DNA of 56,815 nt, taken from contig JAGWGX010000004.1 of NCBI GenBank assembly GCA_028867145.1, forward strand, positions 1 through 56,815. Reading direction: 5' to 3'. A program made the position numbers and the translations under genes. Each line of letters opens with the position of its first letter. Position 1 is the stretch's first letter. Of this stretch, positions 1-9,552 are shown piece after piece. Source of the DNA: Candidatus Micrarchaeota archaeon. Lineage in GTDB: Archaea > Micrarchaeota > Micrarchaeia > Micrarchaeales > CABMGC01. Under the pieces are notes generated by a model. It saw only the letters and a list, made by a program, of their open reading frames with translations. It was not told where the DNA came from and searched no databases.

Positions 1-85
1 CGTCAAGGACGGAAAGCTAAAGCTCGGATACACCTCAGTTGTCGCTGTGAACGACTTCATCGTTGTGGATAGGAAGGCCCTCTAA
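1..85 (+). CDS. 3' end of a CDS running in from the left edge, possibly a PRC-barrel protein
   Basis: Frame from nt 2 reads VKDGKLKLGYTSVVAVNDFIVVDRKAL*, resembling the PRC-barrel C-terminal strand pattern (V.A..D.IVV). Confidence 0.45.
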   Translation, partial: VKDGKLKLGYTSVVAVNDFIVVDRKAL

Positions 86-95
86 GGGTGATTCT

Positions 96-765
96 ATCAT
101 CATAGCTGGCGGAGACGAAGCTGGCCGTGGAGCCGTTCTGGGACCACTAGTAATTGGAGTTGTTAGCATGAGCTCCGCAAAGGCGGCAAAGCTCTCGAAG
201 ATTGGCGTTCGCGACTCGAAGCTGCTAACGCCTAGGAAGCGAGAGTTCCTCTTTGAGGAGATCCACGCTATGGCAAGCGAGGATAAACAACGCGAGGCGA
301 AGCAACATCTCATTAAACGAGCTTGAGGCAATCTGCGTCTCAAGGCTAATCGACTCCCTTGAGGAGGTGGACGCAGTTTATCTTGACTCCCCTGATGTTA
401 TCCAGGAGAGGTTTGGCGCAAGGATTTCAATCCTCTCGAAAAAGCCAATGAAGGGTCTTGGAATCAAGAAGAGCGCAAAGAAGGAGGGGACAATTAAGAT
501 GATTTCAGAGCACAAGGCGGACCTAAAGTACCCTGTGGTCTCTGCAGCAAGCATAATCGCAAAGGTCACAAGGGACAGGGAGATAGAGAACATCTCCCAG
601 GCACTGGGCTTTGACATCGGATCTGGATATGCCTCGGATGACCAGACAATTGAGGTCATCAAGGACAATCTAAACAACCCAAGCTTCATGCCATATGTCC
701 GCGAGTACTGGAAGACGATGACTGACATCCGCCAGCTGAAGATGACCGAATTTTTGAAGAAGTAG
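96..765 (+). pseudogene. rnhB: Ribonuclease HII, frameshifted near nt 280 (pseudogene or assembly error)
   Basis: GGDEAGRG..LGPLV and DSKLL are in one frame; LNELEA, YLDS, EHKAD..YPVVSAASIIAKV.RD, GSGY and a C-terminal PIP-like QLKMTEFL are in another. Confidence 0.85.
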
Positions 766-872
766 CGACGACAAAATTGATAGTTTTGGAATTTGTGGAA
801 CTGCCTTTGTTCCGGTAATGTTTACCTAAGTATACACTTGCACTATTCACGTTAAATTGCAGGTCAAAATGA

Positions 873-953
873 TTTAAATAACTAATTGTTTAAGTAGTTC
901 CGGCTGTACTATATCTTGTATGTTCTACGAGAGTGGTATACCATATGTTGTGG
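873..953 (+). promoter_or_regulatory. Archaeal TATA box followed by two tandem NrdR boxes
   Basis: TTTAAATA at 873-880; gtaCtAtATcTtGtat (906-921) and ataCcAtATgTtGtgg (938-953) match the NrdR-box consensus acaCwAtATaTwGtgt and are 32 bp apart. Confidence 0.8.
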
Positions 954-958
954 TTTTG

Positions 959-1429
959 ATGCGTTGTCCGTACTGTCTTTCGACTGACATTCGTGTTCTT
1001 GATTCAAGAGACGTCGAGGAGGAAAACAGCGTGCGTCGAAGGAGGCTGTGCAACGCCTGCACCAAGCGATTTACCACCTATGAGAAGGCTGAGCTAATCG
1101 ACCTTGTGGTCATCAAGAAGGACGGCACCCACCAGCCATACGACGCCGCAAAGATACTAAACGGTATCACAAGGTCCTGCGAGAAGCGCCCTGTCAACCA
1201 AGATGCAATAATTGAGGTAGCAAACAAGATTGACCGAAAGATTAGGGCAAAGGGAGTCAAGGAAATCACCACCAAGAAGATCGGGGAGATGGTGATTAGG
1301 GAGCTGGTCAAGCTAGATCCAGTAGCATACGTGCGATTTGCGAGCGTTTACAACCAGTTCAACTCAACAAAGGAGTTCACAAGGATCATCTCGATGTTCA
1401 ACAAGAAGCGAGAGCAGCTCGAGAAATGA
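959..1429 (+). CDS. nrdR: Transcriptional repressor NrdR (Zn ribbon + ATP-cone)
   Basis: MRCPYC...VLDSR...RRRR.C..C.KRFTTYE, VIKKDG, LDPVAYVRFASVY; likely start is ATG at 959 rather than 920. Confidence 0.95.
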   Translation: MRCPYCLSTDIRVLDSRDVEEENSVRRRRLCNACTKRFTTYEKAELIDLVVIKKDGTHQPYDAAKILNGITRSCEKRPVNQDAIIEVANKIDRKIRAKGVKEITTKKIGEMVIRELVKLDPVAYVRFASVYNQFNSTKEFTRIISMFNKKREQLEK

Positions 1430-1452
1430 GATTATACTAATTTGGGGATAAA

Positions 1453-3774
1453 ATGGAAGAGCAAAAAACGGAACAAGTTCAGATTCCAAGTGAAACATTA
1501 GATTTCTTTGACCGAGACGAGCTTAGGGCAAGGGTATTTTACGAAAAGTACACCCTAAGGGACGTGAACGGCATAAAGATGGAGAAGACCCCTCCAGAAA
1601 TGTGGAGAAGGGTCGCAAACGCAATGGCAAGCGCGGAGGAGACGGATGAGACAAGGAAGGAGTGGGAGGCAAAGTTCTACTGGCTGCTTGAGAACTTCAA
1701 GTTCGTTCCAGGAGGAAGGATCATGTTCGGCGCAGGGCAGGCAAAGAAGACCACCCTGCTTAACTGCTATGTAATTCCAGTTAAGGAGGACTCGATAGAG
1801 GCCATCTTTGATTGGTGTAAGGAGGCAGCAAGGACTTACAGCTTCGGCGGAGGAGTGGGGGGCGACATCAGCGCGCTAAGGCCAAGGGGCGCAAGGGTGA
1901 ACAACTCAGCATTATACTCAACCGGATCGGTCTCGTTCATGAACATAATGAGCGAAACGACCGGAACAATTGGTCAGGCAGGAAGAAGGGGAGCGCTAAT
2001 GATAACAATCAGGGTGGACCATCCTGACGTGCTTGACTTCATTAGGGTAAAGAGAAACCTAAGGAACGTCAGGTTCGCAAACATCTCGCTTAGAATAACC
2101 GATGCATTCATGCACGCAGTTGAGAAGGACACAGACTTCACGCTCTGGTATGACACGCCAAAATCAGGAAGGATAGAGAGGACAGTTAGGGCAAGGGAGC
2201 TCTGGAATGAGATAATTGACAGCGCAAGAAACTGGGCAGAGCCTGGACTCATCTTTTGGGACAACGTTGTGCGCGGATCACCAAGCGAGTACAACGGGAT
2301 GAATGTGATCACGACAAACCCATGCGCAGAGCAGCCGCTTCAGGCATACGGAGCATGCGACCTTGGTCACGTAAACCTGCCAATGTTTGTAACAAACAGC
2401 TTCAATGACAACGCCACAATTGACTGGGCAACTCTTGAGACCGCAATTAGGTACGGAGTGCGTTTCCTAGACAACGTCCTGACATACAACATGGACAAGC
2501 ACCCGCTAAAGGAGCAGGCACAGGCGAGCAGGGAGTCAAGAAGAATCGGGCTTGGATTCACTGGCCTAGCTGACATGCTAATTAGACTCAAGATAAAGTA
2601 CGACTCGCAGGAGGCTCTGGAATTTGTCGACAACCTGATGAACAGGATGAAGACAATCGCCTACGATGAGAGCACGATGCTTGCAAAGGAGAAGGGCTCA
2701 TTTGGCCTCTTCGATGCGGAAAAGCACCTCACAATGCCATTCGTTGAGGGTCTCGCCCCAGAGATAAGGGAGAAGATAAAGAGCAATGGCCTTAGGAACG
2801 TCGCAATACTCACAATCGCGCCTGTCGGAAGCGGATCAGCATTACTGGGCACCTCTAGCGGCATCGAGCCAATCTTCGCGTTCAGCTACACAAGAAGGTC
2901 GGAGTCACTTTCACAGGAGTTCTTCAAGGTTTACCACCCTCTTGTCGCACAGTACATGGCGCAGTACAGACTTGAGAGCGAGGCTGATTTGCCAGAGTTC
3001 TTCGTGCCGGCGCACAAGATCAAGGCAGACTTCAGGGTAACGATGCAATCAGTTGTGCAAAAGCACATTGACTCATCAATCTCATCAACTGTCAACCTTC
3101 CGGAGAACGTAACCTCAGAGGAAGTGGCAAAGATTTACATGCAGGGATGGAAGTCGGGCTGCAAGGGAATAACCGTCTACAGGGAAGGATCAAGAGAGGG
3201 AATTCTAATCACCGATGAGAAGCAAAAGGAGAACAATAAGGCAAAGGGAATTGTTGAGGAGACAAAGGAGTGGTCAAGGCCAAAGGTAATGGTCGGCGAC
3301 ACGGTCACCTTCAGGCTTCCAAACGGCGCAATCTATGTTACAATTAACAGCGATGATAGGGGACCAAAGGAGGTCTTTGCTAACATGGGAAGGAGCGGAA
3401 GCGATGACAAGAGCTACACGGAGGCGATTGGAAGGCTCGCCAGCATGTACCTTCAGTCTGGAGGGGATGTGAAGGAGGTGATCAAGAGCCTCAAGGGAAT
3501 CCAGGGAAGAAATGCAACGTGGGACCACGGGGTGCAGCTGCTCAGCGTCCCTGATGCGATTGCAAAGGCGCTTGAGCTGGTCGTAAACAAGTCACATCAG
3601 GCGGTCATCGACCAGAATGTGGTCAAGGTGGCGGAGGTCACAAAGCTTCAAACCACCGCGAAGGTGGAAAAGCAGGTTGGGGTAATGGATTGCCCTAAGT
3701 GCTCCGAACGCGCGCTCGTGAGCGAGAACGGATGCGACCACTGCCAGAGCTGCGGCTACAGCAGGTGCGGTTAA
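1453..3774 (+). CDS. nrdJ: Class II (adenosylcobalamin-dependent) ribonucleotide reductase
   Basis: PGGRI, LLNCYV, TNPCAEQPL, ACDLG, TIAPVGS, KGITVYREGSR, C-terminal CPKC..CQSCGYSRC; no small-subunit gene nearby. Confidence 0.92.
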   Translation: MEEQKTEQVQIPSETLDFFDRDELRARVFYEKYTLRDVNGIKMEKTPPEMWRRVANAMASAEETDETRKEWEAKFYWLLENFKFVPGGRIMFGAGQAKKTTLLNCYVIPVKEDSIEAIFDWCKEAARTYSFGGGVGGDISALRPRGARVNNSALYSTGSVSFMNIMSETTGTIGQAGRRGALMITIRVDHPDVLDFIRVKRNLRNVRFANISLRITDAFMHAVEKDTDFTLWYDTPKSGRIERTVRARELWNEIIDSARNWAEPGLIFWDNVVRGSPSEYNGMNVITTNPCAEQPLQAYGACDLGHVNLPMFVTNSFNDNATIDWATLETAIRYGVRFLDNVLTYNMDKHPLKEQAQASRESRRIGLGFTGLADMLIRLKIKYDSQEALEFVDNLMNRMKTIAYDESTMLAKEKGSFGLFDAEKHLTMPFVEGLAPEIREKIKSNGLRNVAILTIAPVGSGSALLGTSSGIEPIFAFSYTRRSESLSQEFFKVYHPLVAQYMAQYRLESEADLPEFFVPAHKIKADFRVTMQSVVQKHIDSSISSTVNLPENVTSEEVAKIYMQGWKSGCKGITVYREGSREGILITDEKQKENNKAKGIVEETKEWSRPKVMVGDTVTFRLPNGAIYVTINSDDRGPKEVFANMGRSGSDDKSYTEAIGRLASMYLQSGGDVKEVIKSLKGIQGRNATWDHGVQLLSVPDAIAKALELVVNKSHQAVIDQNVVKVAEVTKLQTTAKVEKQVGVMDCPKCSERALVSENGCDHCQSCGYSRCG

Positions 3775-3784
3775 TTGGTGAAAA

Positions 3785-4036
3785 ATGGAAACCTATCGTT
3801 TTAGGGTCGTTGCTCGTACTGAGACTGGTCTTCTGAAGTTAACCGAGAGCATAAAGTCTCGAGATGGTTTCAGCGGTGTAATAAGACCAAGTGAAGAAAA
3901 TCTAGCCTTATGGTTAAAACTACGCGGAAAAAATTACGAGCAGGTTACCCAGCAATTTACAGAGTTTCATCATTCGAATTTGCGAGATATCGATAAAGTA
4001 ATGGTCTTCGACGAACCCATTCCTAATTCAAAGTAA
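3785..4036 (+). CDS. Hypothetical protein (83 aa)
   Basis: ORF with GGTGA SD motif immediately after nrdJ; no recognisable motif. Confidence 0.6.
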   Translation: METYRFRVVARTETGLLKLTESIKSRDGFSGVIRPSEENLALWLKLRGKNYEQVTQQFTEFHHSNLRDIDKVMVFDEPIPNSK

Positions 4037-4039
4037 ATA

Positions 4040-4933
4040 TCATTTTGTAATTATTTTGCATCCGTCTTTTTCCACAACCACACTCTTTTCAAATTGTGTA
4101 ACCGTGCCCTTCTTTCTTTCGACAAGTGCAGGGAATGACTCAAGGGCATCCTGCCTTGATAGCTCATTTAGCGCCGCCCTAACTTTGAACTCTGATTTGA
4201 AATTCTCGACTAGCCACCTGAGCGCAAAAGGATAGGTGCTGTAGCTTGTGTCAATATAGTCTGCTATTGCCCTCATCTCGTTTGACCTTGTGAAGACTCC
4301 CGGGAACTTCCTGAATATCTGGTTGTAATCGCCATTCACAACTCTACCCTCTCCATCGGTGAAGAAAACCTCAACAGCAATCAGATCTCCCTCTTGCAAC
4401 TCTGTTTCGTCTCCGTTGTCATAGTTTGGAATGTAATAATTTGCGTGAAGCTCCCCCTCTCCTATTCCGTGCCCTCCCAGATTCTTTATTGGCTGCACTC
4501 CATACTTCTTTGCAACTTCCCCTACTGCCCTACCTATCTCCCCCACTTTTCTTCCATCCCTTACTGTTGCTATTGCTGCATCAAGCGCCTCCTGTGTTGC
4601 CTGATTTAGCTTAGAATAATTTCCAGAGAGGTCTACAGTTACTGCCGAATCAGTTAGCACATCGCCACTTCTAAGGCCAACATCTACCTTGACCACATCT
4701 TTCTCACCGAACACAGCATCGTCATTAAATGAGGGGGTGCAGTGAGCAGCATTCTCGTTTATTGAAAGATTCATTGGGAATGCAAACTGCAGGTCCTTCT
4801 TTCTTACAAGCTCCTCAACCTTCTTTGCAACATCAAGCATCCTAACTCCTGGCTTTACCATCTCCTTCGCTTGATGTAGTATTGTGAAAGTCTCTTTTCC
4901 AAGATCTTCTAGAATTTTTTGATCATCAACCAT
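4040..4933 (-). CDS. map: Methionine aminopeptidase type II
   Basis: AFPMNLSINENAAH, VKVDVG, DSAVTV, NLGGHG, AVEVF. Confidence 0.93.
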   Translation of the reverse strand: MVDDQKILEDLGKETFTILHQAKEMVKPGVRMLDVAKKVEELVRKKDLQFAFPMNLSINENAAHCTPSFNDDAVFGEKDVVKVDVGLRSGDVLTDSAVTVDLSGNYSKLNQATQEALDAAIATVRDGRKVGEIGRAVGEVAKKYGVQPIKNLGGHGIGEGELHANYYIPNYDNGDETELQEGDLIAVEVFFTDGEGRVVNGDYNQIFRKFPGVFTRSNEMRAIADYIDTSYSTYPFALRWLVENFKSEFKVRAALNELSRQDALESFPALVERKKGTVTQFEKSVVVEKDGCKIITK

Positions 4934-4942
4934 CTTATCATC

Positions 4943-7366
4943 TCATAGCTTCTTTTGGGAGCCCTTGTTCCTTAGCTCCTCCGCATTGTAACCTAGCTCC
5001 TTTAGTATTTTAAGCGTTGCAGGAATTATCTGGTGCTCAATGTAATAGTCCGCATCGTAGTCCTGCGCAAGCTCCCAGACCTCTGCCTTCTCCGAGATGC
5101 TGCTCCCGTGCTTTGTTATTACGTATCCAATCGAGGCCCCCACAAGGTCCTCCTTCTTTCTCACTCCCTTCTCCACCGCCTTCTTTGCCGCGGCAAGCTC
5201 CGGAGACTTGATGTCATAGCTGCCAATTCCCTTCCTTAGCTGCGTGTTCATCACAAGCTCCTTAATGTCAACCGTTCCGGACCTTAGCCTCTCAACCACC
5301 TCCTTTACGATGTTTACCGCCTTCTCCTTGCTGCCCTCCTTTAGTATCGCCTCAAGCACGGCTAGCTGCGTGTCCCTTGAAATCTTTGCCCAGTCCCTTC
5401 GCACCAGCTCGAATCCCTTAATCTTTATTCGTCCCGACTCGGACATGAGCGCATACTTCTTCTTGGCCCCTGCGGTTCCCTCCCCTCCTCTCTTTCCCAC
5501 AAAGACTCCCCTTGTGTAGAAGTCCTCGAGCTCTAGCTCCATCGTGTTTGGCAGCGAGGCGTTCACCTTCTTTAGGAAGCCATTCACGTCCTCCTTTGTC
5601 TTGTCCGCGATTATTATGAAAATCGAATCGGTGTCGCTGTATAGGACCTTGAACCCTGTCTGCTCAGCCTCCTCGATTGTCTTTGTGATGAAAAGCCTTG
5701 CGTATGCAGTGACGCTAGATGCGCACTCCCTTGAGTACCACCTTGACCTTGCGTACCCAAGATATCCGTAAAATGCATTTGCAATAATCTTAAGTGAGGT
5801 TGACCTTGCACCAAGCGACTTGTTGTCAGGGTCCTTCTTGTAGAGCTTCTTGACCTCAGACCTCTCATCAATGAGCAGCTTGAGCAGCATCGGCATTATG
5901 CCCGTCCTGTCCTTCCTGAACTTTATACCATCAGGAGATTCAAAGTAGTCAGTGCAATCTGTGCAGAGAGTTGCAGGGTCAATGTTGTGCGCAATGATTA
6001 TCGAAGGGTAAAGCCCCTTGAAGTCAAACACCACGATGTTCTCGTAGATTCCAGCCTCGGGGGTCTTGACATACGCCCCCTCATAGGGATTTGCCATTCT
6101 CTCCTGGATCATTCCATCGCTTGGCTTGTTTGGAATCATCTCGCGGAATTTCTGAGCATATCTCATCAGCATGAACTCAACAAGCTGGCTTGTGGTCGAG
6201 ACGCACGCCTCCCCGAGAACTGTTCCTGCAACCGTTGCAACTTCAACCTCAAGGGGCAAGAAGAACTCGTAGAGTTCCCTGAGCGATTGCGAGTCCCCAA
6301 GCGAGTACTCTGCAAGATTGTCAAGATCCTCGCCTCCCCTGTCCCATTGCTGCCAGATTTCTCCCTTCTCGACCATCTTCTTTTCCTTCCCAGTGATTGC
6401 CTTGTAGACCTCGTATAGCTTGAAGTTGTTAACTTTGATCACTTTTTCCGACGCGCCGACCACCGAGACGAACTTTGCCACATTGTATGCGTCAAAATTT
6501 ATCCTTCCCGGAATTCTAACCGCATCCACCAGGCCATGGTGTTCCTTCTTTACTTCCTCACCCTCATACCTTGCGATTTCAAAGGCAATTTTATTCACAG
6601 CCGCCCTCTCCATAAGATACGGAAGGTCGAAGTTGGAGGAGTTGTACCCGACTACTATGTCTGGGTCAAGCCTCTTTATCACTTTAATGAATTCGCTGAT
6701 CATCTCCTTTTCAGTTTCGAAGTATTTTATGAAGGGTCTCTCTATCTTCTTGGTTGTGAGCACATGCTCTTCTCCCTTGCAGGAGTAGCTGATCATTATC
6801 ACCGGGTCCTTGTCAAGCCTTGGGGCGCCTAGCGGATTGTAAGTCTCGATATCAAAGCAGATTCCAGTGAGCTCCTCTGTCGCATTTCCTGCTACGTTCT
6901 CTATTGAATCCACAACAAACTTGCCCTCCTCCTCATGGAACTGGACCTTGATGGGCGCGAGAGGTGAAATCTGCTTGTCGATTAGGTATCTCTTCCAAAA
7001 TAGTATGTCGTTTTCAAAGCAGGTCCCGAACTCCCCAAACGCCTTGCTCATCTTTGGCACAAAGCCGGGCTTGTCAAGGAAGATCTTGAATACCTTTCTC
7101 TCCTTTCCCCTAACAAGCCGCGTCTCCGTTTCAATTGAGGTTGCCTTTATCTCCTCTTGGTACTCTGACATTATCTTTAGCTCCAAAAGGGAGCTTGCCT
7201 CCAGCTTCTCGTTGCTTGGCAAGAGGTAGAAATAGGGCCTGAAGTTTGGGTCGGTTAGGAAGTAAATCTTCCCGCTAGACTTGAAGGTGAGCCTAATCAT
7301 TCCCTTGTTTGCGACGTTCGAGTAATCTGCATCGAGGATAATCCCCGTGAGCTGCGTTCCCCCCAT
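4943..7366 (-). CDS. polB: Family B DNA polymerase
   Basis: FDIET (Exo I), YNSSNFDLPYL, DFKGLYPSII, KIIANAFYGY, YSDTDS, KKKYA; no intein. Confidence 0.97.
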   Translation of the reverse strand: MGGTQLTGIILDADYSNVANKGMIRLTFKSSGKIYFLTDPNFRPYFYLLPSNEKLEASSLLELKIMSEYQEEIKATSIETETRLVRGKERKVFKIFLDKPGFVPKMSKAFGEFGTCFENDILFWKRYLIDKQISPLAPIKVQFHEEEGKFVVDSIENVAGNATEELTGICFDIETYNPLGAPRLDKDPVIMISYSCKGEEHVLTTKKIERPFIKYFETEKEMISEFIKVIKRLDPDIVVGYNSSNFDLPYLMERAAVNKIAFEIARYEGEEVKKEHHGLVDAVRIPGRINFDAYNVAKFVSVVGASEKVIKVNNFKLYEVYKAITGKEKKMVEKGEIWQQWDRGGEDLDNLAEYSLGDSQSLRELYEFFLPLEVEVATVAGTVLGEACVSTTSQLVEFMLMRYAQKFREMIPNKPSDGMIQERMANPYEGAYVKTPEAGIYENIVVFDFKGLYPSIIIAHNIDPATLCTDCTDYFESPDGIKFRKDRTGIMPMLLKLLIDERSEVKKLYKKDPDNKSLGARSTSLKIIANAFYGYLGYARSRWYSRECASSVTAYARLFITKTIEEAEQTGFKVLYSDTDSIFIIIADKTKEDVNGFLKKVNASLPNTMELELEDFYTRGVFVGKRGGEGTAGAKKKYALMSESGRIKIKGFELVRRDWAKISRDTQLAVLEAILKEGSKEKAVNIVKEVVERLRSGTVDIKELVMNTQLRKGIGSYDIKSPELAAAKKAVEKGVRKKEDLVGASIGYVITKHGSSISEKAEVWELAQDYDADYYIEHQIIPATLKILKELGYNAEELRNKGSQKKL

Positions 7367-7419
7367 TTGACCAGTAAGTTACACTAAGGATTGGATTGAA
7401 AATAAATAAAAGAGCGGTT

Positions 7420-7839
7420 TTACGCGCTCTTTCCTGGCTGCTCCGAAAGCTTTGCCCTTGAAAGTGGCAGTGGAGCGAGCAGTCCGATTGAGGATGCAAG
7501 AAGCGTTCCCCTTGCGCCGCACTCGAAGTTTAGCAGGTTGATTACGTCCTCTGCGAACTTGAGAGGAAGGGTCTTCTTTGTCTTCCAGACATTCATAATC
7601 TCATCAGCGTCCTTTCTTGTCTCCTTTGACATAACCACTCCGACAATCTTAAGCATTCCAACATCCTTTCCCTTTCCTGGCTCTCCATCGTAGTTTGCGA
7701 CGAATGTGAAGGTCACGTGAACCGCCTCTCCGCCCTCTACCTTTAGGTCATCGAAGTTAATATTGAACTTCATGTTGGAGATCATGTCCTCTGTTTCCCT
7801 TGTTGCCTCTACGTGGTTTATTTTGAGTCCTGTTATCAT
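7420..7839 (-). CDS. Conserved archaeal hypothetical protein (possible SecB-like fold)
   Basis: Four predicted beta strands followed by two helices and a C-terminal LLAPLP motif; directly upstream of polB. Confidence 0.7.
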   Translation of the reverse strand: MITGLKINHVEATRETEDMISNMKFNINFDDLKVEGGEAVHVTFTFVANYDGEPGKGKDVGMLKIVGVVMSKETRKDADEIMNVWKTKKTLPLKFAEDVINLLNFECGARGTLLASSIGLLAPLPLSRAKLSEQPGKSA

Positions 7840-8188
7840 ACTATCACTTCAAAAAGTTAAGATTATATTGTCGGGTTTATTTTATATACCTTCCTTTGGC
7901 TCCATCAATCTCCATAATTCTGGAACTTCACGAGGGAAAAACTGGCCAAAACCCTCTTCGCAAAACAGGGTTAAGTGATATTTAAGCCTAACTGTGCGCT
8001 TCGTATTTAGCGCAGTTCCATAATTCCTTTTTATATGAAGTACGCACTTAAGAGATAGGGGAGTGGGGTTTAGGACTAGAGGGGCTAGAGCAGGCGCTCT
8101 ATCCCATCTGGCTAACGTCTCATCCTCTAAGAATGCCTAAATACGCATACGTTTTATGGTAATTGGGCTTGCGCTTCAGGGAGATTGT

Positions 8189-8995
8189 ATGGTGGATTAC
8201 AAAATAGAAAGGGCTGCAACTGGGATTGAGGGCTTTGACGCCTTGGTGGAGGGAGGGCTGCCAAGAGGGACAAACGTACTGCTGACCGGCGCCCCGGGTA
8301 CCGGAAAATCGATCTTCGTGCTGGAGTACCTCTATCAGGGAGCCCTAAATGGGGAGAACGGCCTTTACATCTCGGTTGACTCATCCCTTCCGATGATAAG
8401 GCAGCAGGCAAAGCTCTTTGGATGGGATATCGAGAAGCTAGAGCAGGAGGGCAAGCTCTTCTTCCTCCAGGTTCCGCTAGACAAGATGAAGTTCAACCTC
8501 TTTGAGATGATCGAGAGCGTAAAAAAGCAGATTGGCGCAAAGAGGGTGGTGTTCGACAGCCTTGCGACGTTTGCGATCAACCTTGATCTTTTCACAATAC
8601 CTCTGGGTTATGCGGGCAGCATAGCATCTAGCGTCTCGGTCGACAGCGCAAGGGACAACTCGACAATAACCGACAAGGGAGACAAGATCTTCTACACCGG
8701 AAACTCCGAGAAGAGGATGATCTTCCTCATTCTTGCGGAGCTAAGGAATCTCGGGACAACTAACTTGGTGATAACTTACGGGGATTTAAGCGGAAATCAG
8801 CTAACTGTTGACGGGGTAAGCGAATTCGAGTGCGACGGGATCATACAGATGCACAATGAGCTAATCGGCGCAAAGCGCATGAGGTCAATGGAAATCGTCA
8901 AGATGAGGGACACGAATAACAGCCCGTACATCCACGATGTGCAGCTCTCAAGCGCCGGCTTTGTGATAAAGCCTGCGGAGGAGCTGAAGCTCTGA
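8189..8995 (+). CDS. KaiC/RAD55-like RecA-superfamily ATPase (single domain)
   Basis: TGIEGFDALVEGGLPRG, Walker A GAPGTGKS, RVVFDS, DGII, RSMEIVKMR; start at ATG 8189 (or 8156). Confidence 0.9.
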   Translation: MVDYKIERAATGIEGFDALVEGGLPRGTNVLLTGAPGTGKSIFVLEYLYQGALNGENGLYISVDSSLPMIRQQAKLFGWDIEKLEQEGKLFFLQVPLDKMKFNLFEMIESVKKQIGAKRVVFDSLATFAINLDLFTIPLGYAGSIASSVSVDSARDNSTITDKGDKIFYTGNSEKRMIFLILAELRNLGTTNLVITYGDLSGNQLTVDGVSEFECDGIIQMHNELIGAKRMRSMEIVKMRDTNNSPYIHDVQLSSAGFVIKPAEELKL

Positions 8996-9000
8996 AATCA

Positions 9001-9549
9001 TTGGTGAATCAAGTGAGTTTGCTAGAAACTTTTATGATGGCCCGTTCGATTAGCTTTAAGGATGGAAGCATCTCTCTTTTTAGCAACAGGATAGTCATGG
9101 CCCCGGCGCCCTTCTTCTTTGAGTTCACCAAGGCGATAGAGAACAGCCCTGAGGAGACGCACAGCCTTTATGAATCCGCAAAGACCAGCTTCAAGGACGT
9201 GGTTGCCAAGGATGTTAGGACATACAAGTTCAGCGTTAACGATTACATAAAATGGCTCTTTGACATTGCAATCTTCTCCGGATGGGGGCTTTTGAAGCTT
9301 GAATCGCTAGACAAGGAGAAAATGCAGGGAATAATCACCATGACTAATTCCCCAGTCTCTGAGGGCCTGGTCGGGAAGGTGAAAATGCCCGTGGACCACA
9401 TAGTCAGGGGATTCATAGCCGGTGCGCTCTCCATTGCGTTTAAGAAGGACCTTGACGTGGCTGAAACAGAATGCGTGGCGCTCGGGGCGCAAAGCTGCAA
9501 GTTTATTTTCAAGCTCGCCCAGGAGTTTAAGGAAGGGGAGGTAAAGTAA
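9001..9549 (+). CDS. V4R (4-vinyl reductase) domain protein
   Basis: GWG, DHIVRGFIAG and ETECVALGAQSCKF motifs; start may be GTG 9013 after GGTGA. Confidence 0.85.
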   Translation: MVNQVSLLETFMMARSISFKDGSISLFSNRIVMAPAPFFFEFTKAIENSPEETHSLYESAKTSFKDVVAKDVRTYKFSVNDYIKWLFDIAIFSGWGLLKLESLDKEKMQGIITMTNSPVSEGLVGKVKMPVDHIVRGFIAGALSIAFKKDLDVAETECVALGAQSCKFIFKLAQEFKEGEVK

Positions 9550-9552
9550 TTT

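Noticed and set aside
920-958. nrdR start at 920
   Set aside because: This segment holds the NrdR boxes; the family N-terminus MRCPYC begins at 959.
1453-7366. Inteins or introns in nrdJ and polB
   Set aside because: Protein lengths and motif spacing are normal and no splice-junction motifs were seen.
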